NCBI GenBank assembly: GCA_002385625.1
Contig: DGDV01000021.1
Location: forward strand, 5,474-69,473
Direction: 5' to 3'
DNA: 64,000 bases
From: Firmicutes bacterium UBA3943
GTDB taxonomy: Bacteria; Bacillota; UBA4882; UBA10575; UBA3943
Shown: positions 56,649-64,000 of the stretch, piece after piece
Layout of the letters: the number at the start of each line of letters is the position of its first letter
Numbering within the stretch: position 1 is the first letter of the stretch
The notes under the pieces: generated by a model
The model's input: the letters and a program-made list of their open reading frames with translations, nothing else
Told to the model about the DNA's origin: nothing
Database searches by the model: none
Program-made: the position numbers and the translations under genes

Positions 56649-58253
56649 ATGCGGGTGCAAGTGACGTTTTGCGGCGCTGCCGGTTCGGTGACAGGCTCTT
56701 GCTTCTGGATTAAAACGGAAAACATGGAGTTTTTGGTGGACTGTGGCATGTTTCAAGGTTCTAAAGAGGAACGGGAGAAAAACCGGCGTGAATTTTTGTT
56801 TAACCCCGGCAACATCCGCTATGTGCTTTTAACCCATGCCCACATTGACCATTCCGGTTTGATCCCCCGCCTGTACCTGCAAGGGTTTAAGGGCGAGGTG
56901 CTCTGTACCCATGCCACAAAGGACTTGGCCGGTGTGATGCTGCCCGATTCCGGCCATATCCAGGAGATGGAGGCCGAGTGGCGGAGCAGGAAGAAGGCCC
57001 GGCTTGGCGAACCGCCGGTTGAACCCTTATATACTGCAGCAGAAGCCGTCCAATGTTTACAACACTTTGCATCCGTAGGTTATGGCGAGATTTTTGAGTT
57101 GGGCCCGGGGGTGAGGGTCCGCTTCTCCGATGCCGGCCATATCTTTGGCTCAGCCATCATCGAGGTTTGGGTGGAGGAGAAGGGTGAGACCACTAAGTTG
57201 GTCTTTTCGGGTGATCTTGGCCAGGCTAATCAGCCCATTATCCGCAACCCACAACTGATTGAGAATGCCGATGTGGTCTTCATTGAGTCCACCTATGGCG
57301 CAAGAAAACATGAGAATAAAGAGGACCGGGTGGAGCGGCTGCGGGAGATCATCATTGAAAGCGTTGCTTCCGGTGGAAACCTGATCATTCCTTCCTTTGC
57401 CGTTGGTCGTACCCAGGATCTGCTTTATCATATCAACCTTTTGCTTAAAGAGGGGAAGATTCCTGCCCTGCCTGTTTATATCGACTCGCCTATGGCGGTA
57501 TCGGCTACGGAGATCTTCCGGAACCACAATGAGTGTTTTGATTGGGAGACTGTACAGCTGCTCCGGGCGGGGGACAGCCCCTTTGAATTTCCGACATTAC
57601 ATTACGTCCGCCAGGTGGAGGAATCCCGTGCCTTGAACGAAAATGCCAGGGGTTCGATTATTATCTCCGCCAGTGGAATGTGCGAGGCCGGGCGGATTTT
57701 GCACCATCTCAAGCATAATCTGTGGCGGCCGGAATCCCATGTACTCTTTGTCGGTTACCAAGCTGCCGGGACACTGGGCCGTCGCTTGCTGGAGGGCGCT
57801 AAGGTGGTTAAGCTCTTTGGCGAGGAGATCCGGGTGCAGGCGAAGATCCACAATATCGATGGTTTTTCGGCCCACGCGGATCAGGATGGGCTTTTGCAGT
57901 GGCTGAAGGGCTTTACGAAGCGGCCCGGCCAGATCTATCTGGTGCACGGGGAAGAAGAAACGATGGAAGAGTGGGCCCCCATCGTGCAACGGGAGATTGG
58001 AATTGCACCGGTGGTTCCCGCCTGGGGGGACAGTTATGAATTGCGGGGTTATCACGCAACGCTGGTGCAGACCATGCAAGAAACTACTGATCAAAAACGC
58101 GCTTTACTGCGCATGTTGAAGAATGTGGAATTTGACTATCTCAATTTGAAGAACTATGTGCATCAGCAGATCGATCAGATGGATGACGCGGCCATCGAAA
58201 AACTGGCGAAGCAATTGCGGGATCTGCAAGCGAAAATTCGTAAAGTCGGCTGA
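56649..58253 (+). CDS. MBL-fold beta-CASP ribonuclease
   Basis: VTGSC, DCG, HAHIDH, GHIFGS, SGDLG, ESTYG, SAHAD. Confidence 0.93.
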   Translation: MRVQVTFCGAAGSVTGSCFWIKTENMEFLVDCGMFQGSKEEREKNRREFLFNPGNIRYVLLTHAHIDHSGLIPRLYLQGFKGEVLCTHATKDLAGVMLPDSGHIQEMEAEWRSRKKARLGEPPVEPLYTAAEAVQCLQHFASVGYGEIFELGPGVRVRFSDAGHIFGSAIIEVWVEEKGETTKLVFSGDLGQANQPIIRNPQLIENADVVFIESTYGARKHENKEDRVERLREIIIESVASGGNLIIPSFAVGRTQDLLYHINLLLKEGKIPALPVYIDSPMAVSATEIFRNHNECFDWETVQLLRAGDSPFEFPTLHYVRQVEESRALNENARGSIIISASGMCEAGRILHHLKHNLWRPESHVLFVGYQAAGTLGRRLLEGAKVVKLFGEEIRVQAKIHNIDGFSAHADQDGLLQWLKGFTKRPGQIYLVHGEEETMEEWAPIVQREIGIAPVVPAWGDSYELRGYHATLVQTMQETTDQKRALLRMLKNVEFDYLNLKNYVHQQIDQMDDAAIEKLAKQLRDLQAKIRKVG

Positions 58254-58384
58254 TTTGTTTAACACTCTTCCCCGAAACCGTCATACAATAGACCAGGCAA
58301 AGCGGGAAGCCAAAACCGCATATTAGCCGGTATGAGCCGGCGGTTCTGCGGCAAAAGACCGACGGGGATTCGGGAGGGGTTGCC

Positions 58385-58741
58385 TTGGGCCGGATAGCAC
58401 ATTTAATTGCTGATCTCTATTTTGTAGGTGCAGCAAACCCCTTGGCGGACTGTGCAAGTTTGCAAAACATCTTCCGGAGTGTGCTGCCAGCAACCGGCGA
58501 TTATCGGCCCCGGCTCCATATATTCGAAGGCAGCCAGGGCGGATGGTACGGTTTTGGCATCTTGGAGGGGGGCAGAATTAGCTTTCAAACCGTTCCGCCC
58601 CTAGAATTTATGGCCCTGGAGATTGTGGCCTTCAATCGTTCCTTTGATCCCAGGACCCTGAATGAACAATTGGTGACGTTACTGGCCCCCTCTTTGGTGA
58701 CTGTTGATGTTTTCTCCCGGGGCCATCATTTGACGGGCTAA
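58385..58741 (+). CDS. SAM decarboxylase (SpeD)-like protein lacking the pyruvoyl serine
   Basis: HLIADLY, H.F, G..G...L, IS..T.P, DP and terminal RG as in class 1b AdoMetDC, but ESH replaced by GGR. Confidence 0.7.
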   Translation: MGRIAHLIADLYFVGAANPLADCASLQNIFRSVLPATGDYRPRLHIFEGSQGGWYGFGILEGGRISFQTVPPLEFMALEIVAFNRSFDPRTLNEQLVTLLAPSLVTVDVFSRGHHLTG

Positions 58742-58865
58742 TCCTCCAAAAGCTTCTTTGTGGACAAGCAGGAGAAAAGCTTGGGAGATGGAAATCATAA
58801 CTTTGTAGAAAAGATGCTCGGGTTAAAGTGGCAATGAGCGCAAGGACGGCAAAGGAGATGATTTG

Positions 58866-59822
58866 ATGGCAGGGCGGAAAGATAAACGGACCAAGGTTGT
58901 TGTCATCGGGACGGGCATGGTCGGTTCCACCTTTGCTTATAGTTTAATGATCAATGGCGTTGCGTCGGAGATTGTTTTGATCGATGCCAATGAAGAACGG
59001 GCTGCCAGTGAAGTGGCGGACTTAAATCACGGACTGCCCTTTGTCCGGCCGGCGGTTATCCGCACGGGCGAGTATGCCGACTGTGCCGATGCGGATGTTA
59101 TTGTTATCACGGCCGGAGCAGCGCAGAGGCCGGGAGAGACCCGGCTGGATTTGGTTGGCCGCAATGTCAAGATCTTTGAGGATATTATCCCGAGGATTGT
59201 GGCCAGCGGTACCCATGGGGTGTTGGTGATTGCCTCTAATCCCGTGGATGTGATGACCTATGTTACATACAAGATCTCCGGTTTCCCGGCCAACCAGGTG
59301 ATTGGTTCCGGAACGGTCCTGGATACTTCCCGTTTCCGGTATTTGTTGAGCCGCCACTGTGGGGTGGATCCCAGCAATGTCCATGCCTACATCATCGGTG
59401 AGCATGGCGATAGCGAGGTGGCGGTTTGGAGCCTGGCCAACATTGCGGGACTCCGGTTCAGTGAGTATTGCCCGATTTGTGGACATGACTGTGGTCCGTT
59501 GCGCAAAGAGGACATTTTTGAGCAGGTGCGGACAGCGGCCTATCCTATCATTAAGGCAAAAGGCGCCACCTACTATGCCATCGGCTTGGCCTTGGTCCAG
59601 ATTGTGGAGACCATTCTCCGGGACGAGCATTCGGTGCTGACGGTCTCCTCGTTATTACAGGGTGAATACGGCTTGGAGAATGTCTGCCTGTCCCTGCCAT
59701 CCCTTGTGAATAGGCACGGGGTAGCCAAAAAACTGCTGATTTCCTTGAACGAAAAGGAAGAAGAAGGATTGCGCAACTCCGCCCGGGTGTTGCAGGAAGT
59801 AATCAAAGCCGTAGGCTACTGA
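58866..59822 (+). CDS. ldh: L-lactate dehydrogenase
   Basis: GTGMVG, AGAAQRPGETRLDL (Gln specifies LDH), NPVD, GEHGDS. Confidence 0.96.
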   Translation: MAGRKDKRTKVVVIGTGMVGSTFAYSLMINGVASEIVLIDANEERAASEVADLNHGLPFVRPAVIRTGEYADCADADVIVITAGAAQRPGETRLDLVGRNVKIFEDIIPRIVASGTHGVLVIASNPVDVMTYVTYKISGFPANQVIGSGTVLDTSRFRYLLSRHCGVDPSNVHAYIIGEHGDSEVAVWSLANIAGLRFSEYCPICGHDCGPLRKEDIFEQVRTAAYPIIKAKGATYYAIGLALVQIVETILRDEHSVLTVSSLLQGEYGLENVCLSLPSLVNRHGVAKKLLISLNEKEEEGLRNSARVLQEVIKAVGY

Positions 59823-59862
59823 CGCTAGGGTCGGAACGGAGCTTGTTTGCAGGAGGGTGGCC

Positions 59863-60303
59863 ATGGCGGAAGTGGAGATTTATACAGACGGGGCATGCAG
59901 CGGGAACCCAGGCCCCGGCGGGTGGGGGGCGGTGCTGCTGGCTAAGGGGCAGCGTAAGGAGTTGTCCGGCGCCGAGCCGCAGACCACTAACCAACGGATG
60001 GAGTTGACTGCGGCCATTGGCGCCCTTTCGGCCTTGAAACGCCCATGTCAAGTCCGGCTCTACTCGGACAGCGCTTATTTGATCAATGCCTTTAAACAGC
60101 GGTGGTTTGACCGCTGGCAGCAGAACGGCTGGCGGAACAGTAAAGGACAAGCCGTGGAGAACCAGGACTTGTGGCAGGAATTGCTGCGCCTGGCGGCCAT
60201 ACACCGGATTGAATGGGTTAAGGTCAAGGGGCATGCGGATAATGTGGAGAATAACAGGTGCGATGCCCTGGCCCGCCAAGCAATTGCGGATTTAAACCCA
60301 TAG
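59863..60303 (+). CDS. rnhA: Ribonuclease HI
   Basis: YTDGACSGNPGPGG, TTNQRMEL, SDS, VKGH, NNRCD. Confidence 0.97.
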   Translation: MAEVEIYTDGACSGNPGPGGWGAVLLAKGQRKELSGAEPQTTNQRMELTAAIGALSALKRPCQVRLYSDSAYLINAFKQRWFDRWQQNGWRNSKGQAVENQDLWQELLRLAAIHRIEWVKVKGHADNVENNRCDALARQAIADLNP

Positions 60304-60337
60304 ATCAGGTTTTTGGTTCAAAGGATTTTTCTGCCTC

Positions 60338-60366
60338 TTGACTTCACCCAAAGACGAAGGTATAAT
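60338..60366 (+). promoter_or_regulatory. SigA promoter of tRNA-Gln/tRNA-Glu
   Basis: TTGACT-N17-TATAAT. Confidence 0.88.
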
Positions 60367-60383
60367 TAATAATGCTTCGGTAC

Positions 60384-60457
60384 TGGGGGATCGTCTAGTG
60401 GTAGGACGACGGGTTCTGGCCCCGTTAGCGAGGGTTCGAGTCCTTCTCCCCCAGCCA
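60384..60457 (+). tRNA. tRNA-Gln(CTG)
   Basis: TGGGGGA acceptor, ACGGG-TT-CTG-GC-CCCGT, GGTTCGAGTCC, CCA. Confidence 0.97.
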
Positions 60458-60554
60458 ATATATGAAAGTTTGAAGTTAAAAGGGAAAAGAGAATAATACT
60501 AAGCAATTGTAGTGTTTACCTCTTTTCACTTTACACTTTTCACTTTAATCAAAC

Positions 60555-60630
60555 GGTCCTATCGTCTAGAGGCCTAGGACACCGCCCTCTCACGGCGGAG
60601 ACACGGGTTCGAATCCCGTTAGGACTACCA
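60555..60630 (+). tRNA. tRNA-Glu(CTC)
   Basis: GGTCCTA acceptor, CCGCC-CT-CTC-AC-GGCGG, GGTTCGAATCC, CCA. Confidence 0.97.
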
Positions 60631-60637
60631 AAATATT

Positions 60638-60667
60638 AAACCAGCGTAATGCTGGGTTTTTGTTTTA
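60638..60667 (+). terminator. Terminator after tRNA-Glu
   Basis: CCAGC-N5-GCTGG followed by T-tract. Confidence 0.75.
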
Positions 60668-60789
60668 TCTGGGTAGTTTAAGTTAGTCCACTTTGGTAAC
60701 AGAAAAGTGGTTGTGAAAATCCTATCTCTTCTGGTCTTTTTATGAAAGAAAGAATGATATTAAGTATACCGCCTATCGATATGTAGCGG

Positions 60790-61245
60790 TTACTGGATCT
60801 GATGATCATCCGGAACGATCTTCGGTTTGAATCCCCGCCGGCCGGCCGTTTCAGCTTTGGGGATCCGCAACTCCAACACGCCGTTTTTATAATGGGCCAC
60901 CGCTTGATCGGGCTTAATCTCGATCGGCAGGGGGATAGTTCGGTAAAAACTGCCGTAGCGCCGTTCCATTAGGTGATAGCCTTTTTCCTCGCGGTTCTGC
61001 TCTCGCTTGGTTTCGCCTTTGAGGATCACTAGATTTTCATCGACGGTGATATCCAGATCTTCCTGGTTTACCCCCGGAATATCGGCATGAAGAATGATTT
61101 CCTGCTCCGTTTCCTTCAAATCAATCGATGGCCCCAAATTGCCGGTTCGAAAAAAGTCGTTAAAGGCTCTGGGCATCAACTGGTTAAAGAACCTATCGTC
61201 CCAAAAGTTATTATTGAACGGACTAAACCAATTCTTGCTTTCCAT
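60790..61245 (-). CDS. Small heat-shock protein (Hsp20)
   Basis: P.IDLKET, ADIPG, ERRYGSFYRTI.LP, A.YKNGVLEL.IPK. Confidence 0.95.
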   Translation of the reverse strand: MESKNWFSPFNNNFWDDRFFNQLMPRAFNDFFRTGNLGPSIDLKETEQEIILHADIPGVNQEDLDITVDENLVILKGETKREQNREEKGYHLMERRYGSFYRTIPLPIEIKPDQAVAHYKNGVLELRIPKAETAGRRGFKPKIVPDDHQIQ

Positions 61246-61547
61246 AGCTTTACCCCCTATTTTATAACTAACTATATTATCCCCATTAAAATATTGTTAA
61301 TTACCTCCTACGTTTAAGATCAGGACAAAATCATACCGTGGTATCGTGGACTATATCCATCTAACCTAGGGTCAATTAAGGGAACACATCGACCGGGTAG
61401 GAAAGACGATCTTTAGCCGGGATTAAATTGTTAAAATTTGTATTCGAATCAATATAAAAGAAGGTATTTAGAAAAATATCTAGAATTTACCAAAACACAA
61501 AATCATGCGATTAAACAAAGATTAAGTTTGGGGAGGATGAGCGGGTA

Positions 61548-62288
61548 TTGTTGGAAGGTCTTTTCAGGAAAAACCGTTTTATTTATGTAATTTGTTTAAT
61601 TAGTGTTTTACTGGTTATTACTGGGTTTAAAGGAATTAACCGGCAGGCGAAACAGTCCCAGACGAAAACGCAAGAGGCAATAATTAATGACCAAATTAAT
61701 GAAGTGAATAAACATCTAAAGTTACATCCAACGGATCATATGGCCTACCGGAAGCGGGGCAAGTTATACCGGCAAATTAAAGATTATAAAAAGGCTTTGC
61801 ATGATTTAAACAAAGCAATTAGCTTGGCGGATTATGATCACTACTATGCCGATCGGGCCAATATTCGCCGCAAAACAGGTGATATCAAAGGGGCAATTGA
61901 CGATTTGTCCATCGCAATCGAGAAAAGTCATGGATCCGCGAAATACTTGAACAACCGGGGTTGTTTATACATTAAACTTAACGAATATAAGAAAGCCAAA
62001 AATGATTTTTTAGAAGCCTTTGACAAATCTTGGGGTAGCGATTGTTCGGTCATGTTTAATCTGGCGCAAACATATGAGCTCTTAGGGGACAGGGAAAAGG
62101 CGTTAAAAAACTATCATAAGGCTTCCCGGATTTTTAGTTCAGATTACTTGCCTGAGCAGGCAAGGAATAAAATGAAGGCCAGGCTTGCTGGTGACTGGAA
62201 CAGCTATAAAAATTGGGAAGAATCCCGGTATGCAAAGGAAGTTGTTTATCACGGTGATAAAATTTATACTGAAGAGGATGCAGACTAA
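61548..62288 (+). CDS. Membrane-anchored or exported TPR protein
   Basis: N-terminal hydrophobic helix; TPR repeats (AY..RG, ALHDLNKAI, AIDDLSIAI, LNNRG). Confidence 0.85.
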   Translation: MLEGLFRKNRFIYVICLISVLLVITGFKGINRQAKQSQTKTQEAIINDQINEVNKHLKLHPTDHMAYRKRGKLYRQIKDYKKALHDLNKAISLADYDHYYADRANIRRKTGDIKGAIDDLSIAIEKSHGSAKYLNNRGCLYIKLNEYKKAKNDFLEAFDKSWGSDCSVMFNLAQTYELLGDREKALKNYHKASRIFSSDYLPEQARNKMKARLAGDWNSYKNWEESRYAKEVVYHGDKIYTEEDAD

Positions 62289-62402
62289 AGCGATTCAATA
62301 TGGAAATTCTGGGATATTCCTGGAGATGCAATGAAAGTATTCACGTGGTTAGGAATTGATCAATTTAAACTAAACAGTACTTAATCGGGGAAAACCCGGA
62401 AT

Positions 62403-62436
62403 AAATGAAAAGGAGCTTTTCAGCTCCTTTTCATTT
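62403..62436. terminator. Bidirectional terminator between the TPR gene and the immunity genes
   Basis: Perfect 15-bp stem AAATGAAAAGGAGCT-TTTC-AGCTCCTTTTCATTT. Confidence 0.88.
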
Positions 62437-62508
62437 TGGCAGTTTTAATGTTTCGAAAAGGGCACCTACAACGGTTTTTCCCTGGGATAGTTGACATTGA
62501 AAGTGTAA

Positions 62509-62727
62509 TTAATTGTTTTTTTTATGCCTAAGTTGGACCTGTTTAATCCGCCGGTTAAGATATTCACTTTTCAGGACATTTAACGCTCTTTGGAAACGAT
62601 AGATTAATGTCTTAATGTTTTGCGGGTTCCGAAGTGAACCCGAAGCCAGTACGGACTCAAGATACCTGATCCGCTTGTCGACGACCTGAATGCACTCCAC
62701 AAGCGTGTTGTCGTCAATATCGTCCAC
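62509..62727 (-). CDS. Second Tsi2-like immunity paralog (basic)
   Basis: TL..CIQ......LE..L....LR.......LI.....AL..LK..Y aligns with the neighbouring gene; AGGAG RBS. Confidence 0.7.
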   Translation of the reverse strand: MDDIDDNTLVECIQVVDKRIRYLESVLASGSLRNPQNIKTLIYRFQRALNVLKSEYLNRRIKQVQLRHKKNN

Positions 62728-62753
62728 AATTAGTCACTCCTGTGGAATAAATT

Positions 62754-62978
62754 TTACTTGATCAATTCTTCATAACTCGGGTAATTATCGACACCGGGCA
62801 ATTCTTCTAAATAAGCTTTCTTTAACTCATTTAATGCCTTCTCATAGCTGAAAATTAAATCCTGAATATCAGCATGATCCCGCAAAGTCTCGGAAGTAAG
62901 TAATTGTTCAAGCTCTTTAAATTTTCCATTAAGAGCTTGTATTGCACACATTAAGGTACTGATACTAACATTAGCCAT
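62754..62978 (-). CDS. Tsi2-like immunity protein
   Basis: TLM.AIQ, YEKA..ELK.AY, P.YE.LI match recalled P. aeruginosa Tsi2; overlaps the toxin stop by 8 nt. Confidence 0.85.
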   Translation of the reverse strand: MANVSISTLMCAIQALNGKFKELEQLLTSETLRDHADIQDLIFSYEKALNELKKAYLEELPGVDNYPSYEELIK

Positions 62979-63445
62979 TTTCTATCATCGCCTTTCGTAT
63001 CTTAGCATTCCGCGCTAGTTCATCTAACAACCTAATGAATTTTGTCTTCGGCATAGTATAATCGGGGCTAAGAGTATAATGAGTTGCGTTATATTTTGTG
63101 TTAAAGTCGTCTTTTGTTATAATAAGTCCGCTGGGGATTTTTGTTCCCTTAGGGAGCTCAAAATTTGTCCAATAGGCTGAGCCAAACACCCCGGATTTAT
63201 CAAATAGGGATATACCTCGCTCGAGCTCGGCCTTAACATGTAAAATACTTTGAATGTTTTTGTATCAATGTCTGGGGGTCTAAAACTTCCTGGTCTAATT
63301 TCTTTTTTTTCAAAATCCGGGTATAAAGGATTTGTCGCTGTTGATGTTTTATGAAGAGCCCGCACAGGTAAAGACTTAGTTCGCCTCTGTAGATTCGCCC
63401 GATCTCACCTCTGCTTATCAGCAAATCTTCAATAGTCTGATACAA
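62971..63445 (-). pseudogene. Tse2-family ADP-ribosyltransferase-fold toxin with two 1-nt deletions
   Basis: Three frames join into L[W]RA, PLYP.F, RPPDI, GISLFD, P.GT.IP, ATHYT..P, LD...RNA; 158 aa when repaired. Confidence 0.82.
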
Positions 63446-63638
63446 TTGCTACCACCATCCCTTTTTGATTCTAGGTATATACCAAAGGGATGGCGAGATC
63501 AATATAAAAAATACTGTAAATTCTGGCATATTCCTTTTGTGAACCTTTCTGTTATTCATTTTGATGATATTTTTTGACAATACCAACAGTCAATATTTTT
63601 AAGTATGTTGGTTTGTCGGGCCAAATTTAGTACCATGT

Positions 63639-63704
63639 TTATAACAGAGTCTTTGTATAGGCCGTAATTGATGAACGAAGGAATGCAGAGGATTTTTGTT
63701 AGAC
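63639..63704. repeat. attC-like imperfect inverted repeat (66 bp)
   Basis: TTATAAC...GTTAGAC ends; arms pair with G.T wobbles and bulged G and T on the plus strand. Confidence 0.5.
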
Positions 63705-63848
63705 AGATTTCTAAGTTAGTTTTGGGTTTTTATCTGTTGTTGCAAATATAATCTTAGCGGAGACCCGACCCCAAATTTTTTAATTGAGCAGGTAAAATTC
63801 GCGAGGTATAGAATGAACTAACCAACATAGAAGCTGGGAGGGGTCTCC

Positions 63849-64000
63849 ATGGCGGTGCAACTTAGGAGGGCGGAGGACGGGTCGGTGCGGGTCAGTTTCC
63901 CTTATGATTACGAACGGGTGAGGAAGATTAGGAGCATCCCCGGGTACCGCTGGGTGGAGGCCACCAAGGAATGGCAGTTGCCGGGGGACGAACAAACTGT
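63849..64000 (+). CDS. N-terminus of a possible tyrosine recombinase (integron-integrase-like), truncated by window
   Basis: GGGAGG RBS; MAVQLRRAEDGSVRVSFPYDYERVRKIRSIPGYRWVEATKEWQLP, a HARP-like domain; catalytic domain not visible. Confidence 0.5.
   Translation, partial: MAVQLRRAEDGSVRVSFPYDYERVRKIRSIPGYRWVEATKEWQLPGDEQT

Noticed and set aside
58291..58384. c-di-GMP or SAM riboswitch before the SpeD-like gene
   Set aside because: A hairpin is present but I could not match the conserved cores
61246..61420. CIRCE or CtsR heat-shock operator upstream of hsp20
   Set aside because: No TTAGCACTC-N9-GAGTGCTAA and no tandem GTCAA heptads seen
62289..62508. Second attC site after the immunity genes
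   Set aside because: Only a perfect terminator hairpin and a too-short CAAC...GTTG pair; this weakens the integron hypothesis
63780..63995. 71-aa minus-strand ORF in the track
   Set aside because: The plus-strand ORF from 63849 has the RBS and a recognisable domain; this is its shadow

Overview
Core-genome segment of an anaerobic Bacillota (Firmicutes) bacterium, probably a diderm lineage because it encodes a TolC-type channel. In order: the distal spc and alpha ribosomal operons (rplN to rplQ), ecfA1A2T, truA, rplM-rpsI, a class A PBP, pflBA under a ZMP/ZTP riboswitch, a family-4 UDG broken by an in-frame TAG, a NagD-like HAD hydrolase, an F-type ATP synthase operon, tsaC-ywlE-rpiB-upp, a membrane PPase with Na+,H+-PPase signatures, a GH57-GT4 fusion, a TetR-RND-TolC efflux system, a complete Na+-type V/A-ATPase operon, three tRNAs, a beta-CASP RNase, a SpeD-like protein, ldh and rnhA. 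An AT-rich accessory region follows tRNA-Glu. Most notable: (1) the F-ATPase operon has no separate atpH; only the C-terminal domain of delta is present, fused to the N-terminus of alpha, which predicts up to three stators per enzyme. (2) The accessory region carries a homolog of the Pseudomonas T6SS toxin Tse2 (two frameshifts; 158 aa when repaired) followed by two Tsi2-like immunity genes. Next to it are an attC-like hairpin and the divergent start of a possible integron-like recombinase. (3) The SpeD-like protein lacks the pyruvoyl-forming serine and may be a pseudoenzyme. All family assignments come from recalled motifs and sequences; no database searches were run.
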